DNA of 64,000 nucleotides from Octopus sinensis (taxonomy: Eukaryota). The notes under the pieces are model-generated. The model did not search any database. It was not told the origin of the DNA and worked only from the letters and a program-made list of their open reading frames with translations. Positions within the stretch are counted from its first letter, which is position 1. Each line of letters begins with the position of its first letter. Location of the stretch: NCBI RefSeq assembly GCF_006345805.1, contig NC_043001.1, positions 83,638,001 to 83,702,000 on the forward strand, read 5' to 3'. The position numbers and the translations under genes are program-made. Positions 52,861-64,000 of this stretch are shown here, one piece after another.

Positions 52861-53650
52861 AAAGCTCAAACTTTCACACACATACACACAAATATAAACA
52901 GTTTTGTGCAAATATGGGTACAGGATCGTGATAGATGGCGTGATGAAGTCAGGCAACTCCGAGCAAGTTCGACCTGACATGAATAAAGTGTCGGACAGGA
53001 TGGCCATAATTGTCGATACAGAAACAACCAAACCAAGAATCACAGTGAATACTGTGTACTTAGGTGGACACTTAAAGGAAGGAAAAAAAAAAAAGATTTT
53101 AGGGGCGTTTTGAGCTTAAACACTTCTTCAGAATAAAGAACGAGAGAAAGAGATAGAGAAAAAATGTTTTTAATCAATGCATTTATGCACTTATGTCTAG
53201 GAATTGTATTTCTTTGGAAGTGACTTGGTCCAAGGACTTGTGTTGAAACTGCATTTTAATCACAAATTCATTTTAATCACATAACGCCATGTTAAAACAT
53301 GGTCTGGTGTGGACTAAGGCGTCTCTTTATTCACCTTGTTTTCATTGTTTTTTTTCTGTTCTTTTCTCTTGTTCTGTTATTCTGAAGAAACGTTTAATCT
53401 CGAAACGTCAGACAACTCTATTTAGTTTTGACCATCAACTCAATGACTATACTCTGTGTTTTTGGTGTTGTTATTGCCACGTCGTCCATTTTGTACCCAC
53501 GCAAACACATTCTATGTTTCTGAAGACGACCTTAAACTCGAAATGTCAAATGCACTTCTTTCTCGATCTGCCGCCGACTGTCAATCTTACGACGACATTT
53601 TGTGAGCGATAAATGTATAAAATTTGAGGATATGACAAAGAACCACTTAC

Positions 53651-53764
53651 TGTTTGCTTCCATTTTCTCGTTGTTTTTCAATCCAGTTTGATCTTGCGGT
53701 GGGAGTTTGTCAGAAATCGTGTAAATATCTGTTAGAACGACTCCATTGTTCTGTTTTAGTTTTC
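53651..53764 (-). CDS. Candidate isolated coding exon (phase 1-1, 114 nt), product unknown
   Basis: ttttattttgttgcag|GA AAA CTA...GCA AAC A|gtaagt. Open frame KLKQNNGVVLTDIYTISDKLPPQDQTGLKNNEKMEAN. No recognisable homology. Confidence 0.3.
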
Positions 53765-54526
53765 CTGCAACAAAATAAAAAGATTTCAGAATCAAAATAA
53801 TTCCTTTTCGAGAAACGAAAACACACACTCACACACACACACACACTAAATAATATTAGAAAATTCTTAGCACATGATAAAAAAATATTTTTGCTGAAAA
53901 TGGGGTAAAAACAAACATAAGAGTTGGAATTCAGGGAAGGTCTTAGACATCATCAATACGAGAAAGAACAAAATATCGATTGGAGAGAGAGGAAAGTAAG
54001 TGCTGAAAGACAAATGTACTGGAGAAATGAGGGGAAGAAGAAAATTTGACGTCGATACAAATAAAAGCAAATTGTTGAAATTGTATTGTGAAGCAATATA
54101 TGTCCTTCCATTGTTACGGTCTTATTCTAGTGACGGTAGTGTTTACTAGTTCTGTGACAAGTACTTTTGGAACTGTCTGCCTTTCTCTGAAGTACCTAGT
54201 TATGTAACACTGATGTCTAGTGGTCAACGAATGTTTCTTCTGCGTCGGTTACAATAAATTTGATCAATTGAAATTAAATAAATTTACTCTGTGTATGGTA
54301 GTGATGGTGACGATGGTAGACCTTCGTCGTTCGACGATAAGTATTCAGTTGTTCGATCAACGAAGTTATCTGCTCTTGAATTAATGAGTCAACAGTCGAG
54401 TACTCGACAGACGCGTGTAATCCTTAACGTAATTCTCAGGCAGAATCAAAATACACAGCATGTATGTGAGACAGGGCTGTACTTTTTTGAATTACAGGTA
54501 CAATCAACTTGACAGGATTGTATACA

Positions 54527-54939
54527 TTATTTACATTATTTACATTCGACGGATATTTGTCCTCATCTTGTTTGTTGTTAACACAACGTTTCGGCTGATA
54601 TACCATCCAGCCTTCTTCAGGTGTCTTGAGGAAATTTCGAACCTTGGGGAAATTTTGAACGGGTATATGGCGTAGTGGTTAAGAGCGCGGGCTACGAACC
54701 CCAAGATTCCGAGTTCGATTCCAAGCAGTGTCCTGAACAACAATAATAATTATAATAATAATAACATCGAAGAATACCTTAGGAATGAGAACCCAGGTTC
54801 GAAATTTCCCCAAGACACCTGAAGAAGGCTGGAGGATATATCAGCTGAAACGTTGTGTTAACAACAAACAAGATGAGGACAAATATCCATCGAATGTAAA
54901 TGACGTACATAATTCCTCATCTCTTAAATATAGAACTCT
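54527..54939 (+). mobile_element. tRNA-headed, HHR-tailed SINE with 5' inverted duplication and 13-bp TSD
   Basis: TSD AGGATTGTATACA at 54514-54526 and 54940-54952. Inverted 3' module 54527-54643, tRNA-Arg(ACG)-like head 54661-54730, (AAT)n linker, then the 3' module to 54939. Confidence 0.85.
54580..54625 (-). ncRNA. Minimal hammerhead motif
   Basis: GACAC-CTGAAGA-A-GGCTG..CAGCC-GAAA-CGTT^GTGTT. Sense copy at 54814-54859 (+). Confidence 0.7.
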
Positions 54940-55538
54940 AGGATTGTATACAGTTTCCGTCAGCCTAATTTCACTCACAAAATATGGGGTGATCGAGGCT
55001 ATAAAAAATTTGTTTAAGATGCCATGCTGTGGAATCGAATGCAGACCACATGGTTGCGATGCGAAAGTTTTAACCATTCAGCCATATGCACTTATACCCC
55101 ATTCAACATCCCATCGCTAATACTCTACATTCCACACAACATGTCTTTACTGTTACAAGTGTACCCACGCATACTCTTACTACAAACTTTAAACCAGGAA
55201 CGTTCTCTATGAATAGACAAGGTAGGCAGTCCTATTCTGAGAAAAAGCTATAAATTAGTTGCAAACAACCTGTGGCCCGCGTGTCTTGCTGCATGGTACA
55301 CTTAACGAATAATTAACTTGTATTTTTTTGTGGCAGTACTGTCCGCCTGATGATGAACCGTGCCTCATGCGATCCACTTCTCGGAAAAGGTCGCCCATGC
55401 CTGCTATAAATGTACATTATTAAATGTAAAAAGTAGATAATTCTTAATATATTTTTAATGAAGTTTTATGGATATTTATTTATTCTTTTCAATCATTAAC
55501 GGCGGTGTATCAGCATGGCCGCTGCTCTGAGCTGAAAC

Positions 55539-55575
<37 letters not shown>

Positions 55576-56359
55576 CTGCAGCCATGCTGGAGCACCGCCT
55601 TTTGGAGTTTTAGTCGAAAAAATCGACCCCAGGGCCTATTTTCTTTTAAAACCGATTACTTATTCTATCAGTCTCTTTTCCTCAACCGGTAAGTTACTGA
55701 GGCATAAACACACCAACATCGGTTGCTAAGCGACGATGGTGGTGGTAGGGGACAAACACAGACACAAAGACACACACACACACACACATACACACACACA
55801 CACACATACACACACACATATATACGACGGGCTTCTTTCAGCCTCTGTCTTCCAAATCCACTCACGTGGCTTTGGTCAGCCTGAGTCTATAGTAGAAGAC
55901 ACTTTCCCAAGGTGCCACGCGGTGGGACTGAACCCAGAGCTACGTAGTTGGGAAGCCAGCTTCTTTATTTCATTATATTGGCCATAAGGCTTTACACAGA
56001 GAAAGGAAGCTGCGGGCTGGACGTAGACATAATGTTATATGAAATGAAAATGATGATTAATGGGGAGAAAAACGACGCTCGCCGATCGATTTTTCCCGAG
56101 AACATTGATCTCTTGTATATTATTCATGAGGCAACAAGCTTCTTACCACACAGCCACGCCTGCACATATATTATGCAAATTTTGAGGTAATATAGGTACA
56201 ATTTCCATGCTACTTTCAACTACATAATATTTACGAACTCGTTAAAACACGTACTTTGGGTGCAGCTCTAAAATGCGCCAATGTTGTGTGAACAGGTCAA
56301 AATGATTGCTTTCTTTTCTATAGTGTCATTACAACTCACCACAGAGTAAAGAGGAACGC

Positions 56360-56391
<32 letters not shown>

Positions 56392-57054
56392 ATATATATA
56401 TAATATATATATATATATAGTATATATATATATATATATATATATCAACATCATGTGCCTTGTGTGATAGACGTTTTAACTCATGTTACAGACGTTTTAA
56501 CTCATGTGAGTGTGTATCAAATAGTAAAACCGAGCCATCTCTCGCAGTCACCGGATAACATGTAATACGCTTTGTTTTAGGTGATTATATTGTCGCATAT
56601 AAACCCCCTCTCGGCCCACTTACCATTGAGCCAGCAGAACATTTAGGATGTGAGAGCTACATGGAGAGAGAGAGAGGGAGAGAATGCTGCACCAGCAGTC
56701 GGCTGGTGTTCATATTTAGCTGAGTAGTCTGGAGCAACATGAGATAAAGGGCCTTGCTCAAGGGTACAAGACTGTACGCGCTCCAGGAATTGAACCTACG
56801 ACTGTAACCACTAAGCTACGCAGTTATGACAAATATATGCGCACACACACATACGCATATGCATGCATACATACAGGCATACGCACAGACATTAATATAA
56901 TGAAAATAAACAAATACAACTGTAGTAATGAATACAAATGTGTATAACTTCATGTCGTATTATTATATATATATATATATATATAAATATTAGGGAATAA
57001 ATCCAAATTTACAGGGAAAAATCAGATTTAGGATTGAATCCATTTTATAGTAAA

Positions 57055-57237
57055 ATATTATATTATATTAAATTAGAGACAAAACCACTATTATGCAAAT
57101 CAAACAAAGAAAGACTTAAGCCAATACATAAAATAATTTATATAATTAAATTTAATTATATAAATTATTTTATGTATTGGCTTAAGTCTTTCTTTGTTTG
57201 ATTTGCATAATAGTGGTTTTGTCTCTAATTTAATATA

Positions 57238-57246
<9 letters not shown>
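57055..57246. repeat. Perfect spacer-less AT-rich palindrome (2 x 96 bp)
   Basis: Symmetry centre between 57150 and 57151. The arms read as exact reverse complements. Confidence 0.9.
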
Positions 57247-57303
<57 letters not shown>

Positions 57304-57969
57304 CTATATATATTATATATATATTATCGATCGCATATAATGTATGTGTTTTGTTTGTTCGCCGGATACGCTGCAGAACAGCGTTCGCGGGATGACTCCT
57401 TCGTAACGCTGATCCGACGAAAAACAAAACACATACATTGGGTGTGTGCGATCGATAATGTTTTTCTTTTTGTGAATTGAGACAAAATATGATTAGGATT
57501 TCAACTTACTCTGTTCATCTCAATTAATATAAGACAGCTAATGTTCAAAAAAGTATGCAATTATATTGCTATTACCCAAATTAAAACGCTATTTATTTCC
57601 TCTTTCTTTTGAATCCTTTTAAATTTGTTCCTTTGTCTTACATTGTCTCATATTATCCTCATTTTGACTGCCTAGGGATGTAAATACATCGTGACCTAAT
57701 TAAGGTTCATTTTTTTTCTACTACTAAAAGTACAAAATAATCTGTTCCTTTAATATCTTAAAAGGTCATTTTCAGTTTAAATGATACTAGAACTATAATC
57801 ATATCGTGTTTAAATACAAACTCTACTGTCATATGCCCTAAGGTTTTATAACCCTTCACCTAGAATATACTTTAAGAAGGATTATATAATACTTGAATCC
57901 TTTGGTCTGAAAGAATAGTTTTTTTTTTTTGTTTTTTGTTTTTGTTTTAGTAGCTATATAGCAAAAGAG

Positions 57970-58478
57970 ATTGAAATTGTCTGGAGGGCGAAACGGCAAG
58001 GACTTGAAGACAAGCATTTTCATTTTCGGCCAAGCCCACATCATTTCTTTCTTTAAAATTCATTTGAAAAGAAATGTGAGGAATGAGAAGGATGTGCTGT
58101 CCTCCTCCTCCATTCAGTAAATTTGTTGGAAGGTAGGTGAATGTGGCCAGGATGGCCTGATTGAGTAGGTACTCTAAGCTGGCGCCTGTAGGCTGGGTAC
58201 GGAGAAGGGGAGCACTTGCCAAGATATTCCTGGCGAATAGGGTGGATTGGGGTCTGTGGGATTCCTTGTTTGCTCCTGACTGGCGTTTTGCTCCTATTGA
58301 GGAATTTGACTGTTGGAATTTTAAAAAATTGTTATCGTTTATATTTTATCATTTTTACGTTTTCTATTTCAATTTCCAGTGTCCTTTGTCTGTGTATTGT
58401 CCCAAATGGTGTTTACGGCCCTTGTGACCAGTAAAGAGATTATTATTATTATTATTATTATATTATTATTATTATTAT
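57970..58478 (+). mobile_element. Degenerate 3' end of a Tx1/L1-like LINE with (ATT)n tail
   Basis: FFKIHLKRNVRNEKDVLSS...FVGR*VNVARM followed by a T-rich UTR and (ATT)n. Family assignment is from pattern recall only. Confidence 0.45.
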
Positions 58479-58572
58479 TCAGTAGTCTTGTTTTTATCAC
58501 GTGTTTTCACTGCCCTACCGAGCGCAGATCTGTGTGCTTTGGGTACATGCTGTGGTTTGTTGTGGTGCTCTT

Positions 58573-58603
<31 letters not shown>

Positions 58604-61600
58604 TTATTATTATTATTATTATTATTATCATCTTCAGAGAAGTATATATAGTTTGCATGAAGCATTGTCTGACAGAGATAATAGTCTTTAATTTTCTTTT
58701 AAAGCCAAAACATGGAGAGTTCTAAGAATTAATACAAGTCAATGTTTGCACTTAGCCACACAGTTCAATGTAACTGGCATTGTTTCGGCTTAAAAACAAT
58801 TTTAAACAATTATCATCATCAGTATTATTATTATTATTATCATCATCATTATTATTATTCAGCTCCGCATATAGATCAGACACTACAAATGCAGTATGAA
58901 TGATCTCCATCCACATTACAGTACTTAACAATAATGATACAACGTGAAGGACATATGGCCTTTACAACAAAAACAACAACAACAACAACAACACCAATGC
59001 AACACCAACATCATATTGTTAATAACATTAGCCACTTCAGCAACAAATATCCGTTGAACAGCTACTGCAGCAGCAACATCAAAAGGAAGAAAACCCTCCA
59101 GTGTCATTATATCTCGAATCAAAGATAAATAAAAGAATCCTTATCGTAGTCAGAAAGGTCCTTGTTTAGTACTTAACTGACCTAGTTTGGTGAAACTGTT
59201 GAAGCGCACTGATCTCTAATTGTCCTGATCATTTTGATTACATCTTAATGTGTCTGTGTGTGTACTTGTCTAACACAGATCTGGATTTGGAGGTCGGTCA
59301 GAAACAGTCAGAGTATTACAGGTTGTGTTACTATTTTTGCCAACAAATAAAATTCTGTTTTCTGAAATTATTTCTGTATCTAAGTCAGCAGCTGTTTTAT
59401 ATATTTACATTTATCCATGGGTAAATATAATCCAAACCCGTATCTATAAGCTTGTCGTTTACCTACGTCAGGAAGTCTTTTAAATTCAGTTTTTGCAACA
59501 AACTCTGGAAGAGCTCAACTGGTATAGATACAAGCTACAGCTTTCGTTTGGTTAGATCTACACCAGCCAGTAATCCTAAGAGCACTGACTATATAAACAG
59601 ATTTCCCTACTAGTAAAGCATAACAGGCATACCTATTGGTTTGGATCAACCTCAGTTAGAGAGTTCGCTGTCGTAAAGAACATTTTTATGGTTTCAATCT
59701 GGAAGCTTGGACTGCGCCTTGCCAATCAATCCAACATGCCTGTCGGAAAGCTTTATTAGGGTCTGTTTTTTTTTTTTATGTAGAGAGTAGCATTACTGTT
59801 CCAGACGTCGGAGCAATAATTCTATTGTGACTCTCAATTCAGCTTTGTAGAGGGTCAGCAGTGGTTCGGGGATGAAATATTTCCAAGCTTTGAGGCGTGG
59901 CTCTTTCTATGTTGTGGATGTGAGATCGCCAAGGGAGATTAGTAATCATAATGGCTTTGAGAGTTTTGTGTGCATGTTGGCCAATACTCATTTCAAATTT
60001 TGGCACAAGGCCAGCAAGTTTAAAGAAGGGAACGAGTCGATTACATCGACCCCAGTACTTAACTGGTACTTATTTTATCGACCCCGAAAGGATGAAAGGC
60101 AAAGCTGACTTCGGTAGCATTTGAACTCAGAACGTAAAAACGGACGAAATGCCACTAAGCATTTCGCCTGGCGCACTAACGTTTCTTATTTCTTTATTGC
60201 CCACAAGGGGCTACACACAGATTGGACCAACAAGGACAGCCAAAGGGATTAAGTCGATTACATCGACTCCAGTGCGTAACTGGTACTTATTTAATCGATT
60301 CCGAAAGGATGAAAGACTAAGTCGACCTTGGTGGAATTTGAACTCAGAACGTAGCAGCAGACGAAATACCTATTTCTTTACTACCCACTAGGGGCTAAAC
60401 ACAGAGGGGACAACAAAGGACAGACAAACGGATTAAGTTGATTATATCGACCCCAGTGCGTAACTGGTACTTAATTTATCGACCCTGAAAGGATGAAAGG
60501 CAAAGTCGACCTCGGCGGAATTTGAACTCAGAACGTAACGGCAGACGAAATACCGCTAAGCAGTTCGCCCGGCTTACTCTTCCGAGTTCTTTTACAGGGC
60601 TTAGAAAAAATGAAGAACCGCTGCAGTGTTTGAATCTGAGAGGGGGATGTTGAATAAAATCATAAAGGAGCTCCTGGCTCCATTGATTGGAATCCGTCAG
60701 AGTACCGTGTCTAGGGTTTTAATATGAGAGGAGGAAACTAACCGGCCGTCCTGCAGGTCGGGGATTACCATTGTGGTCTCAATGGATGATGTAAGCAAGG
60801 CGGCAAGCTGGCAGAAACGTTAGCACGCCAGGTGAAATGCTTAGCGGTAGTTCGTCTGTCTTTATGTTTTGAGTTCAAATTCCACCGAGGTCGACTTTGC
60901 CTTTCATCCTTTCAGGGTCGATAAATCAAGTACCAGTTACGCACTGGGATCGATGTAATCGACTAAATCCCTTTGTCTGTCATTGTTTGTCCCCTCTATG
61001 TTTAGCCTCTTGTGGGCAATAAAGAAATAAGAAACGTTAGCACGCCGGGTGAAATGCTTAGCAGTAGTTCGTCTGCCGCAACGTTCTGAGTTCAAATTCC
61101 GCCGAGATCGACTTTGCTTTTCATCCTTTCGGGGGTCGATAAATTAAGTACCAGTTGCGTACTGGTGTCGATCTAATCGACTGGCTCCCGCTCTCCCCAA
61201 ATTTCGGGCCTTGTGCCTAGAGTAGAAAAGAATGGGTGACGTAAGCGGGGTTGACTCAATTTGGCTTGTAGTCGAGCCACAAACCAGATCTCGGGGCCTC
61301 GTTAGGACAGATAATGGTTGTGTAAAGTGACCTGTTTCTTTAATGCACCTCGTTGAACAAATATGCCGTCTTTCTGAAGATCTGTTGATTATTTTCTTTG
61401 CTATCTTTAGTTATTATCTTTCGTTTATTTTCCCAACAAGTACATCCTGTTTATGCTTAGGCATACATATACAGTTGTATTATGTGTGTATTGATGTATA
61501 TGTGAATATCTGTGCATATACACACAAATCTGTATGCATTTATATTTACATAGAAGCACAGCAAAATTGCTCTGTACCGAATGAACTGTTTTACTGATTA

Positions 61601-61764
61601 ACTTAAAAAAAATATATAAAAACTACTACTCGGCTATTGAAAAGAACACGATCGTTAAATAACTAATCTCTCTGTTGAAAAAAGTAATTATACAATTAAT
61701 ATATATTTCCTGATTGTGTGGTCATCAGAGCTTACATAAAGATGCAAAACAATGATAATTTTAT

Positions 61765-62220
61765 AATAAATCTCTGAACGAGATATAAACAGTAACCGCT
61801 CGACAACGTAAGGTGTACTAGCCATCTGAATGTGGCTAGCCACTGGGGGTGGGGTGTTACTGATGCTTTTAGCCCCAGGCGATCAACGTCACCAGATGGA
61901 CTTTAGACACTATCTCAGTGCCCTTGTGTTATTTGCAAAGGGAGGTCATCCTCCCTCGAAGACCTAAGTACTACATACGGACTATAGTTTCAAGGTAATT
62001 GCCTCTCGTCAACGCATGGTGAGAGGCAATTACCTTGAAACTATAGTCCGTATGTAGTACTTAGTTCTTCGAGGGAGGATGACCTCCCTTTGCAAATAAC
62101 ACAAGGGCACTGAGATAGTGTCTAAAGTCCATCTGGTGACGTTGATCGCCTGGGGCTAAAAGCATCAGTAACACCCCACCCCCAGTGGCTAGCCACATTC
62201 AGATGGCTAGTACACCTTAC
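61765..62220 (-). mobile_element. HHR-bearing non-coding element as a 200-bp near-perfect inverted repeat with candidate TSD
   Basis: Arms 61808-62007 and 62021-62220 with 1 mismatch seen and a 13-nt spacer. Flanking direct repeat (AC)AATGATAATTTTAT at 61749-61764 and 62219-62234. Homologous to 24600-24830. Confidence 0.8.
61974..62018 (-). ncRNA. Type I hammerhead motif, UUGACGA core variant
   Basis: CATGCG-TTGACGA-GAGG caatta CCTT-GAAA-CTATAG-TC^CGTATG. Confidence 0.75.
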
Positions 62221-62269
62221 AATGATAATTTTATTTTCTCCAATCATTCGCAAACAAGGAATGAATAGG

Positions 62270-62714
62270 ATATACTCTTTTACTCTTTTACTTGTTTCAG
62301 TCATTTGACTGTAGCCATGCTGGAGCACCGCCTTTAGTCGAGCAAATCGACCTCAGGACTTATTCTTTGTAAGCCTAGTACTTATTCTATCGGTCTCTTA
62401 TGCCGAACCACTAAGTGACGGGGACGTAAACACACCAGCATTGCTTGTCAAGCGATGTTGGTGGAACAAACACAGACACACAAACACACACACATACATA
62501 CATACATACATACATACATACATACATACATACATACATGCATGCATATATACGACGAGCTTCTTTCAGTTTCCGTCTACCAAGTCCACTCAAGGCTTTG
62601 GTCGGTCTGAGGCTATTGTAAAAGATACTTGCCCAAGGTGCCACGCAGGGGGACTGAACCCTGAACCATGTAGTTCGTAAGCAAGTTACTTACCACACAG
62701 CCACTCCTACGCCT
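62270..62714 (-). mobile_element. Full-length SINE family A
   Basis: Reverse complement of the family A consensus. Confidence 0.88.
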
Positions 62715-62871
62715 ATATGTACAGGATTACTTTAAAATTAGTTTTTGTGAGCCTAGGCAAGGCTACCAGGAGCTCAGGCATTGGGAGCCAAGCTGGTCCG
62801 GGGAAATAAAGTTTTTGAATTTCTATACTCCCAATCGTAATATTCGTTGTGTGAAACAAATATTTTTTAAG

Positions 62872-63248
62872 CAAGCAGTATAGCCCAGCTTTGCTCGGGC
62901 TTGTTTTCTTTTCCACCCTTTAGAATTGGAATTTTTGAAAAGTAAAAATTTTGCATTATGTAATTTGTTATTCTCTTTAAGTGAACATTTTTCTGGTTGA
63001 AATACACAGAAAAATGACGACACAGCAGTCAAAAAATCGTAAAAAATAGGATGTTCATAGAAAAAAAAGCACCTTTTTGATGTAAATAATTTTTGGTGTT
63101 AACATGGTACGGAAGGAAGAACAAACCTTCTTCTATCATACTCTCAATTTTGGTCAACTTGCGCTGCAGGGTCTTGGAGGAGATAGTGTTAGTTGAAAGG
63201 TACTAAACTTGCCATACACAGACAACTTCAGTTTTATATAGAGAGAGA
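62872..63248 (-). mobile_element. Non-autonomous Helitron-like element
   Basis: Minus strand starts A^TCTCTCTCTATATAAAACTG and ends with the hairpin GCCCGAGCAAAGCTGGGC-TATACTG-CTTG (degenerate CTAG). Confidence 0.65.
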
Positions 63249-64000
63249 TCAAGGGAAGACATTACCCTTTTTCTTTCCCATGAGACATATCGAAGGACAG
63301 TTGTTCCAAAATTCTGCCGACATACTATTGCTTCTTTGTTTTATTAATTATACTTGTGCGTTTTGTATTTCCTAGCATACAATTCGAATACTCAAAACAA
63401 AATTTACAGCAGAAAAAAAAGGTAGGTCGACTTATACACCAAGACGAATTTGGAGAGCCAAATAATGGTTTCAAATTTTGACACAAAGGCCAGCAGGTTT
63501 GGAGGAGGGGCTAAGTCAATTAAATCGATCCCAGTGTTCAATTGGTACTTATTTTATCAACCCCCGAAAGGATTAAAGGCAAAGACGACTCCGGCGAAAT
63601 TTGAACTCAGAACATAAAGACGGGTAAAATGTCGCTAGGCGTTTTGCCCGGCGTGCTAACAATTCTATTAGCTCGCTGCCTGTGGAGAATCAAATATTAC
63701 ATGTGAAATTCAACAGAATTTAGAAAGATAGTGACTATTTTTGGATGTTTACACTAAATATTACATTGACTTGTGTTTCAGAAAACACGGTAACACAGTT
63801 ATGAATATGAATAACGCGTCCCCTTATATTTCTTAGCAAACCCTATTTCTTTCTACCTCTTAAGCTAAGAACAACCGTAGATGGCAGCAACGGCGGTCAC
63901 CAGTCAAATTTCTTATTATAGTTTTTTTTTTTTAAACCTTACAATGTTACGGAGATGTACTTGCATAGCAAGTGATTTGATCTGAGATCGTGTGCTGGAA

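Noticed and set aside
52930-53070. Thyroglobulin-like CFCIDNYG motif or a transmembrane exon on the minus strand
   Set aside because: The motif frame has an upstream stop, no donor site is evident, and part of the segment resembles Penelope-tail sequence.
54661-54730. Functional tRNA gene
   Set aside because: The acceptor and anticodon stems pair poorly and the sequence is fused to a repeat body; it is a SINE head. The same applies to families A, B and C.

Overview
AT-rich, microsatellite-dense animal DNA made almost entirely of interspersed repeats. The SINE/LINE set looks like a coleoid cephalopod, probably Octopus (inference). No intact host gene is supported; most listed ORFs are microsatellite or SINE artefacts. 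Recognisable coding remnants are RTE LINE reverse transcriptase with an embedded PHD-like finger (1.6-3.7 kb, 12.6-13.6 kb), a Tc1-family transposase (12.4-15.3 kb, with nested RTE inserts), a Penelope GIY-YIG endonuclease (32.4-32.8 kb), a CRE-type restriction-like endonuclease (33.2-33.9 kb) and older RTE and Tx1 scraps. There are also three tRNA-derived SINE families, three Helitron-like elements, and Merlin, hAT, pogo and foldback MITEs. The main observation is a set of non-coding elements carrying hammerhead ribozyme (HHR) motifs. (i) A ~250-nt structured family has a type I HHR plus covarying downstream hairpins (15.3, 24.7 and 61.8-62.2 kb). (ii) A tRNA-Arg-headed SINE ends in a minimal HHR module (50.8-51.4 and 54.5-54.9 kb). 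Copies of both types show a Penelope-like insertion pattern: a head-to-head inverted duplication and a 10-16 bp target-site duplication (TSD). This suggests retrozyme/SINE parasites of Penelope-like elements (PLEs).
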